From an uncultured Alphaproteobacteria bacterium (lineage in GTDB: Bacteria > Pseudomonadota > Alphaproteobacteria > Rhizobiales > Xanthobacteraceae), in contig CAVSWY010000020.1 in NCBI GenBank assembly GCA_963731805.1, forward strand, positions 709,318 through 773,317: 64,000 nucleotides of DNA, in the 5' to 3' direction. Positions 1-7,847 of the stretch are shown here, piece after piece. A program made the position numbers and the translations under genes. Each line of letters opens with the position of its first letter. Positions within the stretch are counted from its first letter, which is position 1. The notes beneath the pieces are model-generated. The model did not search any database. It had not been told where the DNA came from and was given only the letters and a program-made list of their open reading frames with translations.

Positions 1-67
1 TAGCGGACAGCGCGTCGAGATTGATTTCAAAAACCGGCAGCGAGGCTTGCGACAAGGATTGCGGCAT
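1..67 (-). CDS. DUF1993-like protein, N-terminal fragment (gene runs off the left edge)
   Basis: The ATG at 67 on the minus strand opens MPQSLSQASLPVFEINLDALSA... This resembles DUF1993 N-termini as I recall them. Only 22 codons are visible. Confidence 0.35.
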   Translation of the reverse strand, partial: MPQSLSQASLPVFEINLDALSA

Positions 68-102
68 GGATGGATCCGTTGGCTGAACTGTCAGGCGATC
101 GA

Positions 103-375
103 TTACGACGCCGCGGTCGGCACGTCGTCCAGGATGGTGTTGGTGTTGTCGACGCTGTCATAGACCGACACCTGAACGATCGGGTAGCCCTTCTTGATCA
201 CCATTGCCGCCGACTGCGCGGCTTCCACCGTCGTGTAGGAGCCCTTGGTCTGCCGGTCGACCTGGAGCAAATACCGGCCACGTTCCGGCCGCTTCTGTTG
301 TGAGAACACCTCATCGGGTGCTTTTTCTTTTCCGGAATCGTCCTTTACCGGCATTTTCATTTGGCGCGGGGCCAT
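103..375 (-). CDS. small protein of unknown function (90 aa)
   Basis: Track ORF with AAGGAG 7 nt upstream of the ATG at 375 and GC-rich third codon positions. No family recognised. Confidence 0.55.
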   Translation of the reverse strand: MAPRQMKMPVKDDSGKEKAPDEVFSQQKRPERGRYLLQVDRQTKGSYTTVEAAQSAAMVIKKGYPIVQVSVYDSVDNTNTILDDVPTAAS

Positions 376-530
376 TCGATGCTCCTTGATAGGGGGAAGG
401 GGCTCTATTTAGGCGGTTCGGGCCCCGAACGCCAGAGCCATGATGATGCGGTCTTCAGGTGCCGCCCGGCCCCCTATAGTAACAATTTAAGAGCCAATGG
501 GACGATCTCGTTGCTCAACGGGTAGTAGGC

Positions 531-830
531 TTACAGCCGCTCTAGCGTCGCCGGATCGGCCTTGCCGCCGTAGAATTTATCGAGCGCATCGATGAAATCC
601 TTGTTGTCGTTCGCCACGGCGGCAAACAGCGCCAGATAGGCCTGTGCTTCCGCGCGCGAGGCGATGGCGAATTTGTTCGCCATCGGGCTCGAGCCGAGGC
701 CTTTGATCTGCGGGAAGATAAACCACATCCAGTGGCTCGCTTTCCGTCCCTGACGCAACTCCGCAACGACGCGTTGATAGACTGGCGCTTGGGCGTCAAC
801 GAAGCGCTCTAGGTCATAGGGTTCGTCCAT
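531..830 (-). CDS. DUF1810 family protein (short variant)
   Basis: The N-terminus YDLERFVDAQAPVYQRVVAELRQGRKASHWMWFIFPQ and the C-terminus FYGGKADPATLERL match the DUF1810 pattern. It is only 99 aa. It lies 15 nt downstream of the preceding gene, so probably in the same operon. Confidence 0.7.
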   Translation of the reverse strand: MDEPYDLERFVDAQAPVYQRVVAELRQGRKASHWMWFIFPQIKGLGSSPMANKFAIASRAEAQAYLALFAAVANDNKDFIDALDKFYGGKADPATLERL

Positions 831-845
831 CAGCGGGCACGTCCG

Positions 846-1418
846 TTACTCCGCTTCGGACTCCGGCACCGGCACGTTGAAGCCGTTGAGCGTCACCGAA
901 ACGAGGCAATACAGGCCGACGAGATAGATCAATTCGGCGGCGCCGTGCACGCCGAAAGCTTTTACGGCGGCGCGGTAGCTGAGTTCCGGCAAGGTGCCGT
1001 GATGCAGCAGCGATGAGGCAACGTCATAGGCGACGCCTTCCTCGTGCGTCAGGTCGGTCGGACGCTGGCCGGAGACGATAGTGGCGAGCTTGTCGTCGGA
1101 CAGCCCTCTTTTTTCGCCCGCGATGACGTGGGCATAAAGCTCGTAGGCGGAGTGAAAGGTCGCGCCAGTGACCAGGATCGCCACTTCCCGCACCGGGCGC
1201 GGCAGCGACGGCGACACGGAGAGCGCCAAGGTCAGGTCCCAGATCGGCTTGCCGAATTTCGGCTCGTGCAGCCAAGGATTCCACGGTCCGATCAGCGCGC
1301 CGTTCTCGGCGATGGTCTTGAAACCGGAAAAGTTCTTCTCGATGCCGGCTTTCATGTCGTCGTAAACCGGTCGCTGTTCGGGCGTGAGTTCGGTGGGCGG
1401 GATCAAGGGCAGGCGCAT
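846..1418 (-). CDS. carboxymuconolactone decarboxylase (AhpD-like) family protein
   Basis: 190-aa ORF with AAGGAGA upstream of the ATG at 1418. The sequence pattern is typical of the CMD/AhpD-like helical family. Confidence 0.7.
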   Translation of the reverse strand: MRLPLIPPTELTPEQRPVYDDMKAGIEKNFSGFKTIAENGALIGPWNPWLHEPKFGKPIWDLTLALSVSPSLPRPVREVAILVTGATFHSAYELYAHVIAGEKRGLSDDKLATIVSGQRPTDLTHEEGVAYDVASSLLHHGTLPELSYRAAVKAFGVHGAAELIYLVGLYCLVSVTLNGFNVPVPESEAE

Positions 1419-1573
1419 GAGGTTCTCCTTGCGTGGATGCGGCCCCGGCGTACCGACTATGTGTGACAGATTTAGCGAAAGGGTAGGGCGGATCAGCTGA
1501 AAGCGTTATCCGCCGCTTGCTTCTTCATCACCCACGCTGGATTAGGGCCTCCCAAATCCGACCTGTGGAGAAT

Positions 1574-2800
1574 TTAGAAAAACGCCTGAATACCGGTCTG
1601 CGCACGGCCCAACACCAAAGCGTGGATGTCGTGGGTGCCCTCGTAGGTGTTGACGGTCTCCAGATTACAGAGCACGCGCATGACATGATATTCCTCGGCG
1701 ATGCCGTTGCCGCCGTGGATGTCGCGGGCGAGGCGGGCGATGTCGAGCGCCTTGCCGCAATTGTTGCGCTTGAGCATCGAGATTGCCGGCGGCGAGGCGG
1801 TGCCGGCATCGATCATGCGGGACAGCCGCAGCGCCGCGTGCAAGCCGAGCGTGATCTCGGTCTGCATGTCGGCGAGCTTCTTCTGCACCAGTTGGTTGGC
1901 GGCGAGCGGCCGGCCGAATTGCTTGCGGTTGAGCGCGTAATCGCGGGCGCGATGCCAGCAGAATTCCGCCGCGCCGATGGCGCCCCAGGCGATGCCGGTG
2001 CGCGCCACATTGAGGCAGCCGAACGGACCGGCGAGGCCGGAGACATTCGGCAGAATATTGTCTTCCGGTACCACGGCGCCGTCGAGCACCAGCTCGCCGG
2101 TGATTGAGGCGCGCAAGCTCAGCTTGCCGTCGATCTTCGGCGTGGACAGGCCCTTTGTGCCGCGCTCGACCAGAAAGCCGCGGATCTTGCCGTCGAGCTT
2201 GGCCCAGACCACGCAAATATCGGCGACCGGCGCGTTGGTGATCCACATTTTGGCGCCGGTAAGGCTAAAGCCGCCTGGCACCTTCTCGGCGCGCGTCACC
2301 ATAGAGCCGGGATCGGAGCCGTGGTCGGGCTCGGTCAGGCCGAAGCAGCCGACCAGTTCGCCGGTGGCAAGCTTCGGCAGATATTTGCGGCGCTGCGCCT
2401 CGCTGCCATAGGCATAGATCGGATGCATGACCAGCGACGACTGCACCGACATCAAGGAGCGGAAGCCTGAATCGACGCGCTCGACCTCGCGCGCGATCAG
2501 GCCGTAGGACACATAGCCCAGCCCGGCGCCGCCATACTCCTGCGGAATGGTCGAGCCGATCAGGCCGAGTTCGCCCATCTCGCGGATGATGGCCGGGTTG
2601 AAGGTCCCTTCGCGGTTGGCGGCGAGCACGCGGGGAAATAGCTTCTCCTGCGCATAATCGCGCGCGGTGTCGCGCACCATGCGCTCTTCCTCGGTCAATT
2701 CGCCTTCGAGATCGAGCGGATCCTCCCATTTGAACGCGGCGTCCTTGATTTGGGCCGTTTTCGCCTCGCGCCGCTCCGCCTTTTCCGCAAGCTGGGACAT
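1574..2800 (-). CDS. gcdH: glutaryl-CoA dehydrogenase (acyl-CoA dehydrogenase family)
   Basis: Acyl-CoA dehydrogenase motifs are present ([18 protein letters not shown]-terminal YEGTHDIH), and the overall pattern is that of GcdH. I moved the start to the ATG at 2800, which has GGGAGA 7 nt upstream; the track ORF begins at 2827. Confidence 0.85.
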   Translation of the reverse strand: MSQLAEKAERREAKTAQIKDAAFKWEDPLDLEGELTEEERMVRDTARDYAQEKLFPRVLAANREGTFNPAIIREMGELGLIGSTIPQEYGGAGLGYVSYGLIAREVERVDSGFRSLMSVQSSLVMHPIYAYGSEAQRRKYLPKLATGELVGCFGLTEPDHGSDPGSMVTRAEKVPGGFSLTGAKMWITNAPVADICVVWAKLDGKIRGFLVERGTKGLSTPKIDGKLSLRASITGELVLDGAVVPEDNILPNVSGLAGPFGCLNVARTGIAWGAIGAAEFCWHRARDYALNRKQFGRPLAANQLVQKKLADMQTEITLGLHAALRLSRMIDAGTASPPAISMLKRNNCGKALDIARLARDIHGGNGIAEEYHVMRVLCNLETVNTYEGTHDIHALVLGRAQTGIQAFF

Positions 2801-2905
2801 CGCGTTTCTCCCTGAAATCCTGTCCAATCAGCTTAGGAGCCGCACCCGCGTGCGGCAAGCGCCCGCCGTTGCCGCAATGCCCGGCGTTCGCTATCTAGGC
2901 GACAC

Positions 2906-2982
<77 letters not shown>

Positions 2983-3045
2983 GGTATCAATGAAACCCCC
3001 ACAATTCCTGAAAGAATAGCGTTCTCAGGTGCTTCGACCTGCCGC

Positions 3046-3059
3046 ACTGGTATCAAGCG
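3046..3059 (+). repeat. 14-bp direct repeat ACTGGTATCAAGCG, candidate integrase arm-type site (left)
   Basis: An exact copy lies at 9269..9282. This copy is 64 bp inside attL and the partner is 61 bp inside attR. Confidence 0.4.
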
Positions 3060-3071
3060 GTGGGATCATCT

Positions 3072-4880
3072 ATGCGCGTTGCTATGGGCATCATCCGAAA
3101 CCAGCACGGCGTGTTCCATCTGCGCAAGAAGGTGCCAAAGAAGCTCGAAGAGGCCGTTGCTCTCGTAACCGGCTCAGCGAAGCGGCGGGTGGCTTGGCTC
3201 AAAAAGACGCTCGGCACAAAGGACCATAAAGCCGCAAAGGTACGTGCTGCTCCGGTACTAATGGAGTTCGACCGCATCCTCGCCCAAGCCGAGGCGCGCA
3301 ATAGTGAGCGGCCGCTGCTGACGAGCCTCAGCGACAACGAAATCGAGCGTATCGCTCAATACCACTTTGCCTCCGTGTTGGCTGAAGACGACGAAATGCG
3401 CCGCAATGGAACTGGGTCAGAGCCCCTGTTCCAAAGCATCGCTCAGCAACTCGCGGAAGCGGGAGTAGAGTTCTCAACGCAGTTCGATGTTGGTTCGGTC
3501 CCGGAGTACGGCCTCAGTGAGCGTGAAATGGCTAAGCACGCCGCTGACCTGGAAACCTACATCGGGCTCGCGCAGCACGCTCTCGCCCGTGGTGACATTT
3601 CGGCCATACGTGAGCAGATGGAAGAGCTTCTGTTCATCTTCCGGCGGAACCTGGACCCGAAATGCGCGGATTTCCGTAAGCTTGGGTTGGCGGTTCTCCG
3701 AATGGACTTAGAGGCCCTTCGCGCGATTGAACAACGACACAAAGGCGAGCCCATTAAGACACCAGAACTTCCGACGGTCGATGCTCAGGCTCCTTCGGGC
3801 GGCGAGACTATAAAGGCAGCACTTGAAGGCTGGAAGAAATCAAAAAACCCAAGACCCTACGCACTTCGCGAGTTCACATACGCTGTTGGTCGCTTCAACG
3901 AACTTCATGGCGACATGCCGGTACAGGCAATTACCCGGAAGACCGTTAGGGAGTTTCGCGAGGCACTTCAGCAAATGACGCTGCGACGCGCCGGGGACCT
4001 CCGACGAGCTACACTTCCTGAGCTTGTGGAATGGTCTAGACAGCACCCGGAAACACAAAAGCTCTCCGCCGCAACCGTCAATAAGCTCCTTGGTGGAGTT
4101 CAGGCGGTCGCAGTCTGGGCTAGAGATAACGGATTAATTCCCGACGACGTACCTTGGGCCGATCCGTTCTCGAACATGCGACTGGAGGAAGCCGAACCGG
4201 AGCGCGAACCTTGGGAGGTGTCCGAGCTTCGAGTGCTGTTTGGTTCTTCGGTCTTCACTGAAGGCCGCCGCCCGAAGGCCGGAGGTGGCGAGGCTGCATT
4301 CTGGCTGCCGCTACTGGGTATCTTCACCGGAGCGCGCCTTGGTGAACTCGCGCCTTTAACTGCCGCGGACGTGATTGCCGACGAAGCTACCGGCATTCTG
4401 ACAATTTCTATCATTGAGGATGCGGAAGCGGGCAAGCGCCTTAAGAACCGCGGTTCGCGGCGCGTCATTCCAGTCCACCCCGAGCTTGTCCGCTTAGGTT
4501 TCATTGAGTTTGTAAAAGAAGAAGGACGTGAGCGTGGAAGCGACGCACGACTATTTCCTCTGCTCAATCCGGGGCCGCGTGGCGGGTTTGGCGAGGGCTG
4601 GTCCAAGTGGTTCGGTCGAAATATCCGCAGCCTCGGAATTACGAACAAAGACCGAGTATTTCATTCGTTCCGTCATGGGTTCAAAGACGCGTTGCGCGCC
4701 TCTCGTGTCAGCGAGGATATAAATGATGCGCTGACGGGACATACGGGAAGCGGCTCGGTCGGGCGGAGTTATGGAGCAAAGGATATGATGCGCCGCTTCG
4801 GCCTCCCCGCCCTGGCCGAGGCTGTAAGTAAGGTCGCGTATCCGGGACTGAACCTGTCCCACATCCAACCGCGCACCTAA
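3072..4880 (+). CDS. tyrosine-type site-specific integrase with long N-terminal extension
   Basis: The C-terminal catalytic region has TGARLGE (Arg), HSFRHGFKDALR (H-x-x-R) and LTGH...GRSYG (His/Tyr). The N-terminus GVFHLRKKVPKKL resembles the DUF6538-type integrase N-domain. The start could be 3060 (GTG), 3072 or 3084. Confidence 0.85.
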   Translation: MRVAMGIIRNQHGVFHLRKKVPKKLEEAVALVTGSAKRRVAWLKKTLGTKDHKAAKVRAAPVLMEFDRILAQAEARNSERPLLTSLSDNEIERIAQYHFASVLAEDDEMRRNGTGSEPLFQSIAQQLAEAGVEFSTQFDVGSVPEYGLSEREMAKHAADLETYIGLAQHALARGDISAIREQMEELLFIFRRNLDPKCADFRKLGLAVLRMDLEALRAIEQRHKGEPIKTPELPTVDAQAPSGGETIKAALEGWKKSKNPRPYALREFTYAVGRFNELHGDMPVQAITRKTVREFREALQQMTLRRAGDLRRATLPELVEWSRQHPETQKLSAATVNKLLGGVQAVAVWARDNGLIPDDVPWADPFSNMRLEEAEPEREPWEVSELRVLFGSSVFTEGRRPKAGGGEAAFWLPLLGIFTGARLGELAPLTAADVIADEATGILTISIIEDAEAGKRLKNRGSRRVIPVHPELVRLGFIEFVKEEGRERGSDARLFPLLNPGPRGGFGEGWSKWFGRNIRSLGITNKDRVFHSFRHGFKDALRASRVSEDINDALTGHTGSGSVGRSYGAKDMMRRFGLPALAEAVSKVAYPGLNLSHIQPRT

Positions 4881-5720
4881 CTAAGCTCGCCCATTCACTC
4901 TTGTGATGAAGTGCTTGGTGCTGATTTTATTTCCTGCCCTTTCCTGCACAGTTTTCAACTGAACGTCCAGTAGATCCCCATGACGAAAACTTTCTTCGCC
5001 ACCTGATACTCGTTGTCGATAATCTTGATCCAGGAGTTTAGCGGTCAGCGTCATGCGACCTAACTTAAATCTCCAAACGCCTTCCCCTTCAAAAACCGGA
5101 GCTATAATTTCGACAATAGCTTTTATTTCACTCTCAAGCGGAGTGTCCGCAGGCTTAATCGGCCGAAATGACGACAAGTCATCAACGCTGTATGTGCCGA
5201 TCCTGCGTTTGCCCCGATAGAGTTCCATTTGTTTTGCTCCGCGCTTAGTCGGCACGTCTAACTTTGCGGCATCACGCCCAACATTGTTGAATATGAACGT
5301 ATTGTAGACATTGCCGTTAACAATCTGAATTTCACCGGAAGCGCTTTCAATTTGAACCGCATTACCGTTGTCGACGTGTTGGATAACCTTGGCGGGCTCT
5401 CCCTTGAGGAATTTTAGCAGGTCAAACCACCTCTTTATTAGCTCGGGAACGTCCCTTACCCCGAAAGACAGCAGTGGCATGAGAGCAAACGCCGGCTGCA
5501 AACCGGCGATAAGTTCAATAAAACCCTCTATACTTATTGTGCCGCTCTGGACGTGGATAATTCGGAACGACGCTCGGGTTTCTGCACCATATGTTGTTTG
5601 GCACGCCTTCATCGAAATGCGCGTGAGGGCGGAGAGTGTCTGGATTAGCTCATGGGCATCTAGCGACTGAGGTCTCACTCCAATATAGCGGATCGTAAAT
5701 GGTGGCTCCTTATCAGCCAT
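4881..5720 (-). CDS. hypothetical protein, 279 aa, island cargo
   Basis: Uninterrupted ORF in a markedly AT-richer stretch, with a G-rich SD-like run upstream of the ATG at 5720. I recognise no family or motif. Its stop abuts the integrase stop. Confidence 0.6.
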   Translation of the reverse strand: MADKEPPFTIRYIGVRPQSLDAHELIQTLSALTRISMKACQTTYGAETRASFRIIHVQSGTISIEGFIELIAGLQPAFALMPLLSFGVRDVPELIKRWFDLLKFLKGEPAKVIQHVDNGNAVQIESASGEIQIVNGNVYNTFIFNNVGRDAAKLDVPTKRGAKQMELYRGKRRIGTYSVDDLSSFRPIKPADTPLESEIKAIVEIIAPVFEGEGVWRFKLGRMTLTAKLLDQDYRQRVSGGEESFRHGDLLDVQLKTVQERAGNKISTKHFITRVNGRA

Positions 5721-5836
5721 TTCATAACCCCCCGCCTTTTAATCTCCTGGCCCGTCTAAGTTGTCATACAGTAGGGAGCGAGGGAAGGCGGGCCAGTACG
5801 TATCCTATCAGTTGTTTTGTCGCGGATCGGCGTTGT

Positions 5837-6195
5837 TTATTTGCTTGTGCTGAAAAAGGCCCTAATCACCCAGCCTGCAACGATCCAGCAGAGGATGGGA
5901 AAGGAGAGAACCGCGTAAGCCTTCCATGCCAGCGCAGCAAAAATCCAGGGGCCCTCAGGACTATACTGTCGCCATTCCATGAAGCCCCATAAAAGGCCGC
6001 CGCACGCGACAAGTAAAAGCAGAGTGCTCCTCTACCGTCACGCTTCGCCTGCCTGATCTGGGCCAAGTACAGGCCCGGATTTTTGCTGCGTAAAGATCGC
6101 CGTGCGCGAATATCGCTATAAGCGAAGTATCCCAGCGCAAGCACTAAGACAGCTATGAGAGCGCTTATCTCGAGGGGATCAGTTATCGGGGACAT
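5837..6195 (-). pseudogene. small membrane protein, apparently frameshifted (or two short ORFs)
   Basis: GGAGGTG lies 5 nt upstream of the ATG at 6195. The first frame gives one TM helix (EISALIAVLVLALGYFAY) followed by a basic loop. From about 6030 a different frame encodes two clean TM helices (LLLLVACGGLLWGF..., PWIFAALAWKAYAVLSFPILCWIVAGWVI) and ends at TAA 5839..5837. Confidence 0.35.
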
Positions 6196-6224
6196 TGCTC
6201 ACCTCCATCCTTAGTGTCGCGCGC

Positions 6225-6848
6225 TTACGCACGCCAAAAATTCTTAAACCGTGTCGGCGATAGCTCGGTGTACCGAACAGTATGCTGGATATTGCGGTGG
6301 CCTAGGTAGGCTTGCAGCGCCCTCGTGTCGTGCCCCTTATTCGCCAGCGCGTACCCGCAGGCGTGCCTGAGCATGTGCGGATGAGCCTTAAAGCCAAGCC
6401 TCGCCTCAGTGCCAGCCCGTTCAACCATGCGGGCGAAGCCGGCCGTCGTAAATGGCGCGCCGCGTTCCGACGTGAACACGAAGGGGCTTTTGGGCTCCTG
6501 TTCCCGCTGAAGCCGCCGCAGGGCGCGTAGCTCGTCACCGAGGACTGGGTGAGTGGCGGGGGTGCCTCTCTTGACCCGGCGGACGTGCAGCGCGCCAGAG
6601 GCGAACTCGACCTGATCCCAACGCAGATCGACAAGCTCCGCAGCCCGGAAGCCATGCCGGTAGGCCACAAGGATCATGGTGGCATCGCGATGCCCCCAAC
6701 GGTTCTTCCGGGCAGCGGCCATCAGCCGTTCGATCTCGGCCTCGGTCAGGTGCTCGCGGGTGCGCAGGTCGGCGTTGGGAAGCCGCTTTGGTGTGACTGT
6801 TCGTTTTACGGTGGCTGGAGTGACCAGCTTGAGGTGCGATTGTGCCAT
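6225..6848 (-). CDS. FimB/FimE-family tyrosine recombinase
   Basis: About 207 aa. HGFRAAE, RVKRGTPATHP and HPHMLRHACGYALANKGHDTRALQAYLGHRNIQHTVRYT track E. coli FimB/FimE closely. The start is set at ATG 6848, which has a GGGAGGG SD; the track ORF begins at 6911. Confidence 0.85.
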   Translation of the reverse strand: MAQSHLKLVTPATVKRTVTPKRLPNADLRTREHLTEAEIERLMAAARKNRWGHRDATMILVAYRHGFRAAELVDLRWDQVEFASGALHVRRVKRGTPATHPVLGDELRALRRLQREQEPKSPFVFTSERGAPFTTAGFARMVERAGTEARLGFKAHPHMLRHACGYALANKGHDTRALQAYLGHRNIQHTVRYTELSPTRFKNFWRA

Positions 6849-7115
6849 GTGTTTGGCCCTCCCACTCTGAATGACTGTTCGGACAATGCTCTTTCTTCGG
6901 ACAGTGTGCAATACAAACGTGGGGCATTCTTTAATTGTGGCGGCAGTTCAGAGCAGTATCCCGATGCCAAGAGCAACTGTGAAAACGAACAACGACTTGA
7001 TGACCCATGCGCCAGCCCGTTTACAGCCACGGCGTGAAGCGTGTCGGTGGGCCGCGCCGGCTTACGTCCGCCCGCATATCGCAATCAACCACCGCAGAGG
7101 CGAGCGGGGGCCAAC

Positions 7116-7490
7116 ATGCGCTGTCTTCTGATATGCTCGATTGTTACAGCGGCACTTCTCGCTGTCGGCTCCTCAAGCGCGCAAGCACAGAGGTGGTACA
7201 ATCAGTCAACTGGCCCGGGGGGCGGTTTGTCGACGGGACCTGGCGGCGGGTTATCAACTGGACCGGGGGGCGGTCTATCGACCGGCCCGGGCGGTGGACT
7301 TTCAACTGGTCCTGGCGGCGGCCTCTCGACTGGACCGGGTGGCGGATTATCCACGGGTCCTGGCGGTGGCCTGTCAACAGGTCCAGGCGGTGGCATGTCG
7401 ACTGGGCCCGGGGGCGGCTTATCGACAGGCCCAGGTGGAGGACTATCCACAGGCCCTTGTGGTGGCCTTTCGACCGGGCCGGCCTGCTGA
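7116..7490 (+). CDS. secreted glycine-rich repeat protein, (S-T-G-P-G-G-G-L) x 11
   Basis: The ATG at 7116 follows a G-run. The signal peptide is MRCLLICSIVTAALLAVGSSSAQA with an AXA cleavage motif. It is followed by 11 in-frame octapeptide units and a Cys-containing C-terminus. The opposite strand lacks any such start context. Confidence 0.65.
   Translation: MRCLLICSIVTAALLAVGSSSAQAQRWYNQSTGPGGGLSTGPGGGLSTGPGGGLSTGPGGGLSTGPGGGLSTGPGGGLSTGPGGGLSTGPGGGMSTGPGGGLSTGPGGGLSTGPCGGLSTGPAC
7206..7469 (+). repeat. 24-bp tandem repeat x 11 (coding, codon-scrambled)
   Basis: Eleven consecutive 24-nt units encode STGPGGG(L/M), with one unit reading STGPCGGL. No two units are identical at the DNA level. 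All six Leu codons are used. Confidence 0.9.
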
Positions 7491-7847
7491 TTTGGAAATT
7501 AGCTCCGTTTAGGCTGACGCGCCTGAGTAAGAACGAAGGCTCGCACTCCCCCTGATCGTATAGGCACATTTGATACTGGGTTTAGGTTTTCAGAAGAGCG
7601 GCTTGCGGCGCGTTCAGCGTCTCATCCGAGCCCCCCTAATGCCGTTACAGTGGTCTGTGGTGGACTGCTCGGACCCCGCGTCCCGTTCCCGTGCGGTAAA
7701 CCAGCAGAATGCTTACGAGCCAATGCTTTAGGGAGCGCAATAAACCGCAGAATGCGGACGGCGGTTTACTTAGAGGCTCCAAAGACCCGAAAGGCCAATG
7801 TTCGCATAAGGCTAGGACGGCTTACCGCAGCTTGAGGCATCTGGGGG

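Noticed and set aside
6849-7115. ORFs in the recombinase/repeat-gene spacer (for example 6871..7131 and 6806..7084)
   Set aside because: They have no SD and no recognisable motifs, and they overlap each other. The region is better explained as a regulatory, possibly invertible, spacer.
7202-7450. Minus-strand ORF encoding PPPGPVD(K/M/R/N/E/S) repeats
   Set aside because: It is the mirror image of the plus-strand Gly-rich repeat. The plus frame has an ATG with an upstream G-run, a canonical signal peptide and a defined C-terminus. The minus frame has none of these, so the plus strand was preferred. I cannot formally exclude expression of the minus frame.
7206-7487. Possible CRISPR-like periodic array (24-bp period)
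   Set aside because: There are no spacers between the units. The units are contiguous, in frame, and encode a peptide repeat. There are no cas genes.
7738-7770. Hairpin TAAACCGC...GCGGTTTA downstream of the island ATPase gene
   Set aside because: The stem is 8 bp with a 13-nt loop and no convincing U-tract on either strand. That is not enough to call a terminator or an RNA gene.
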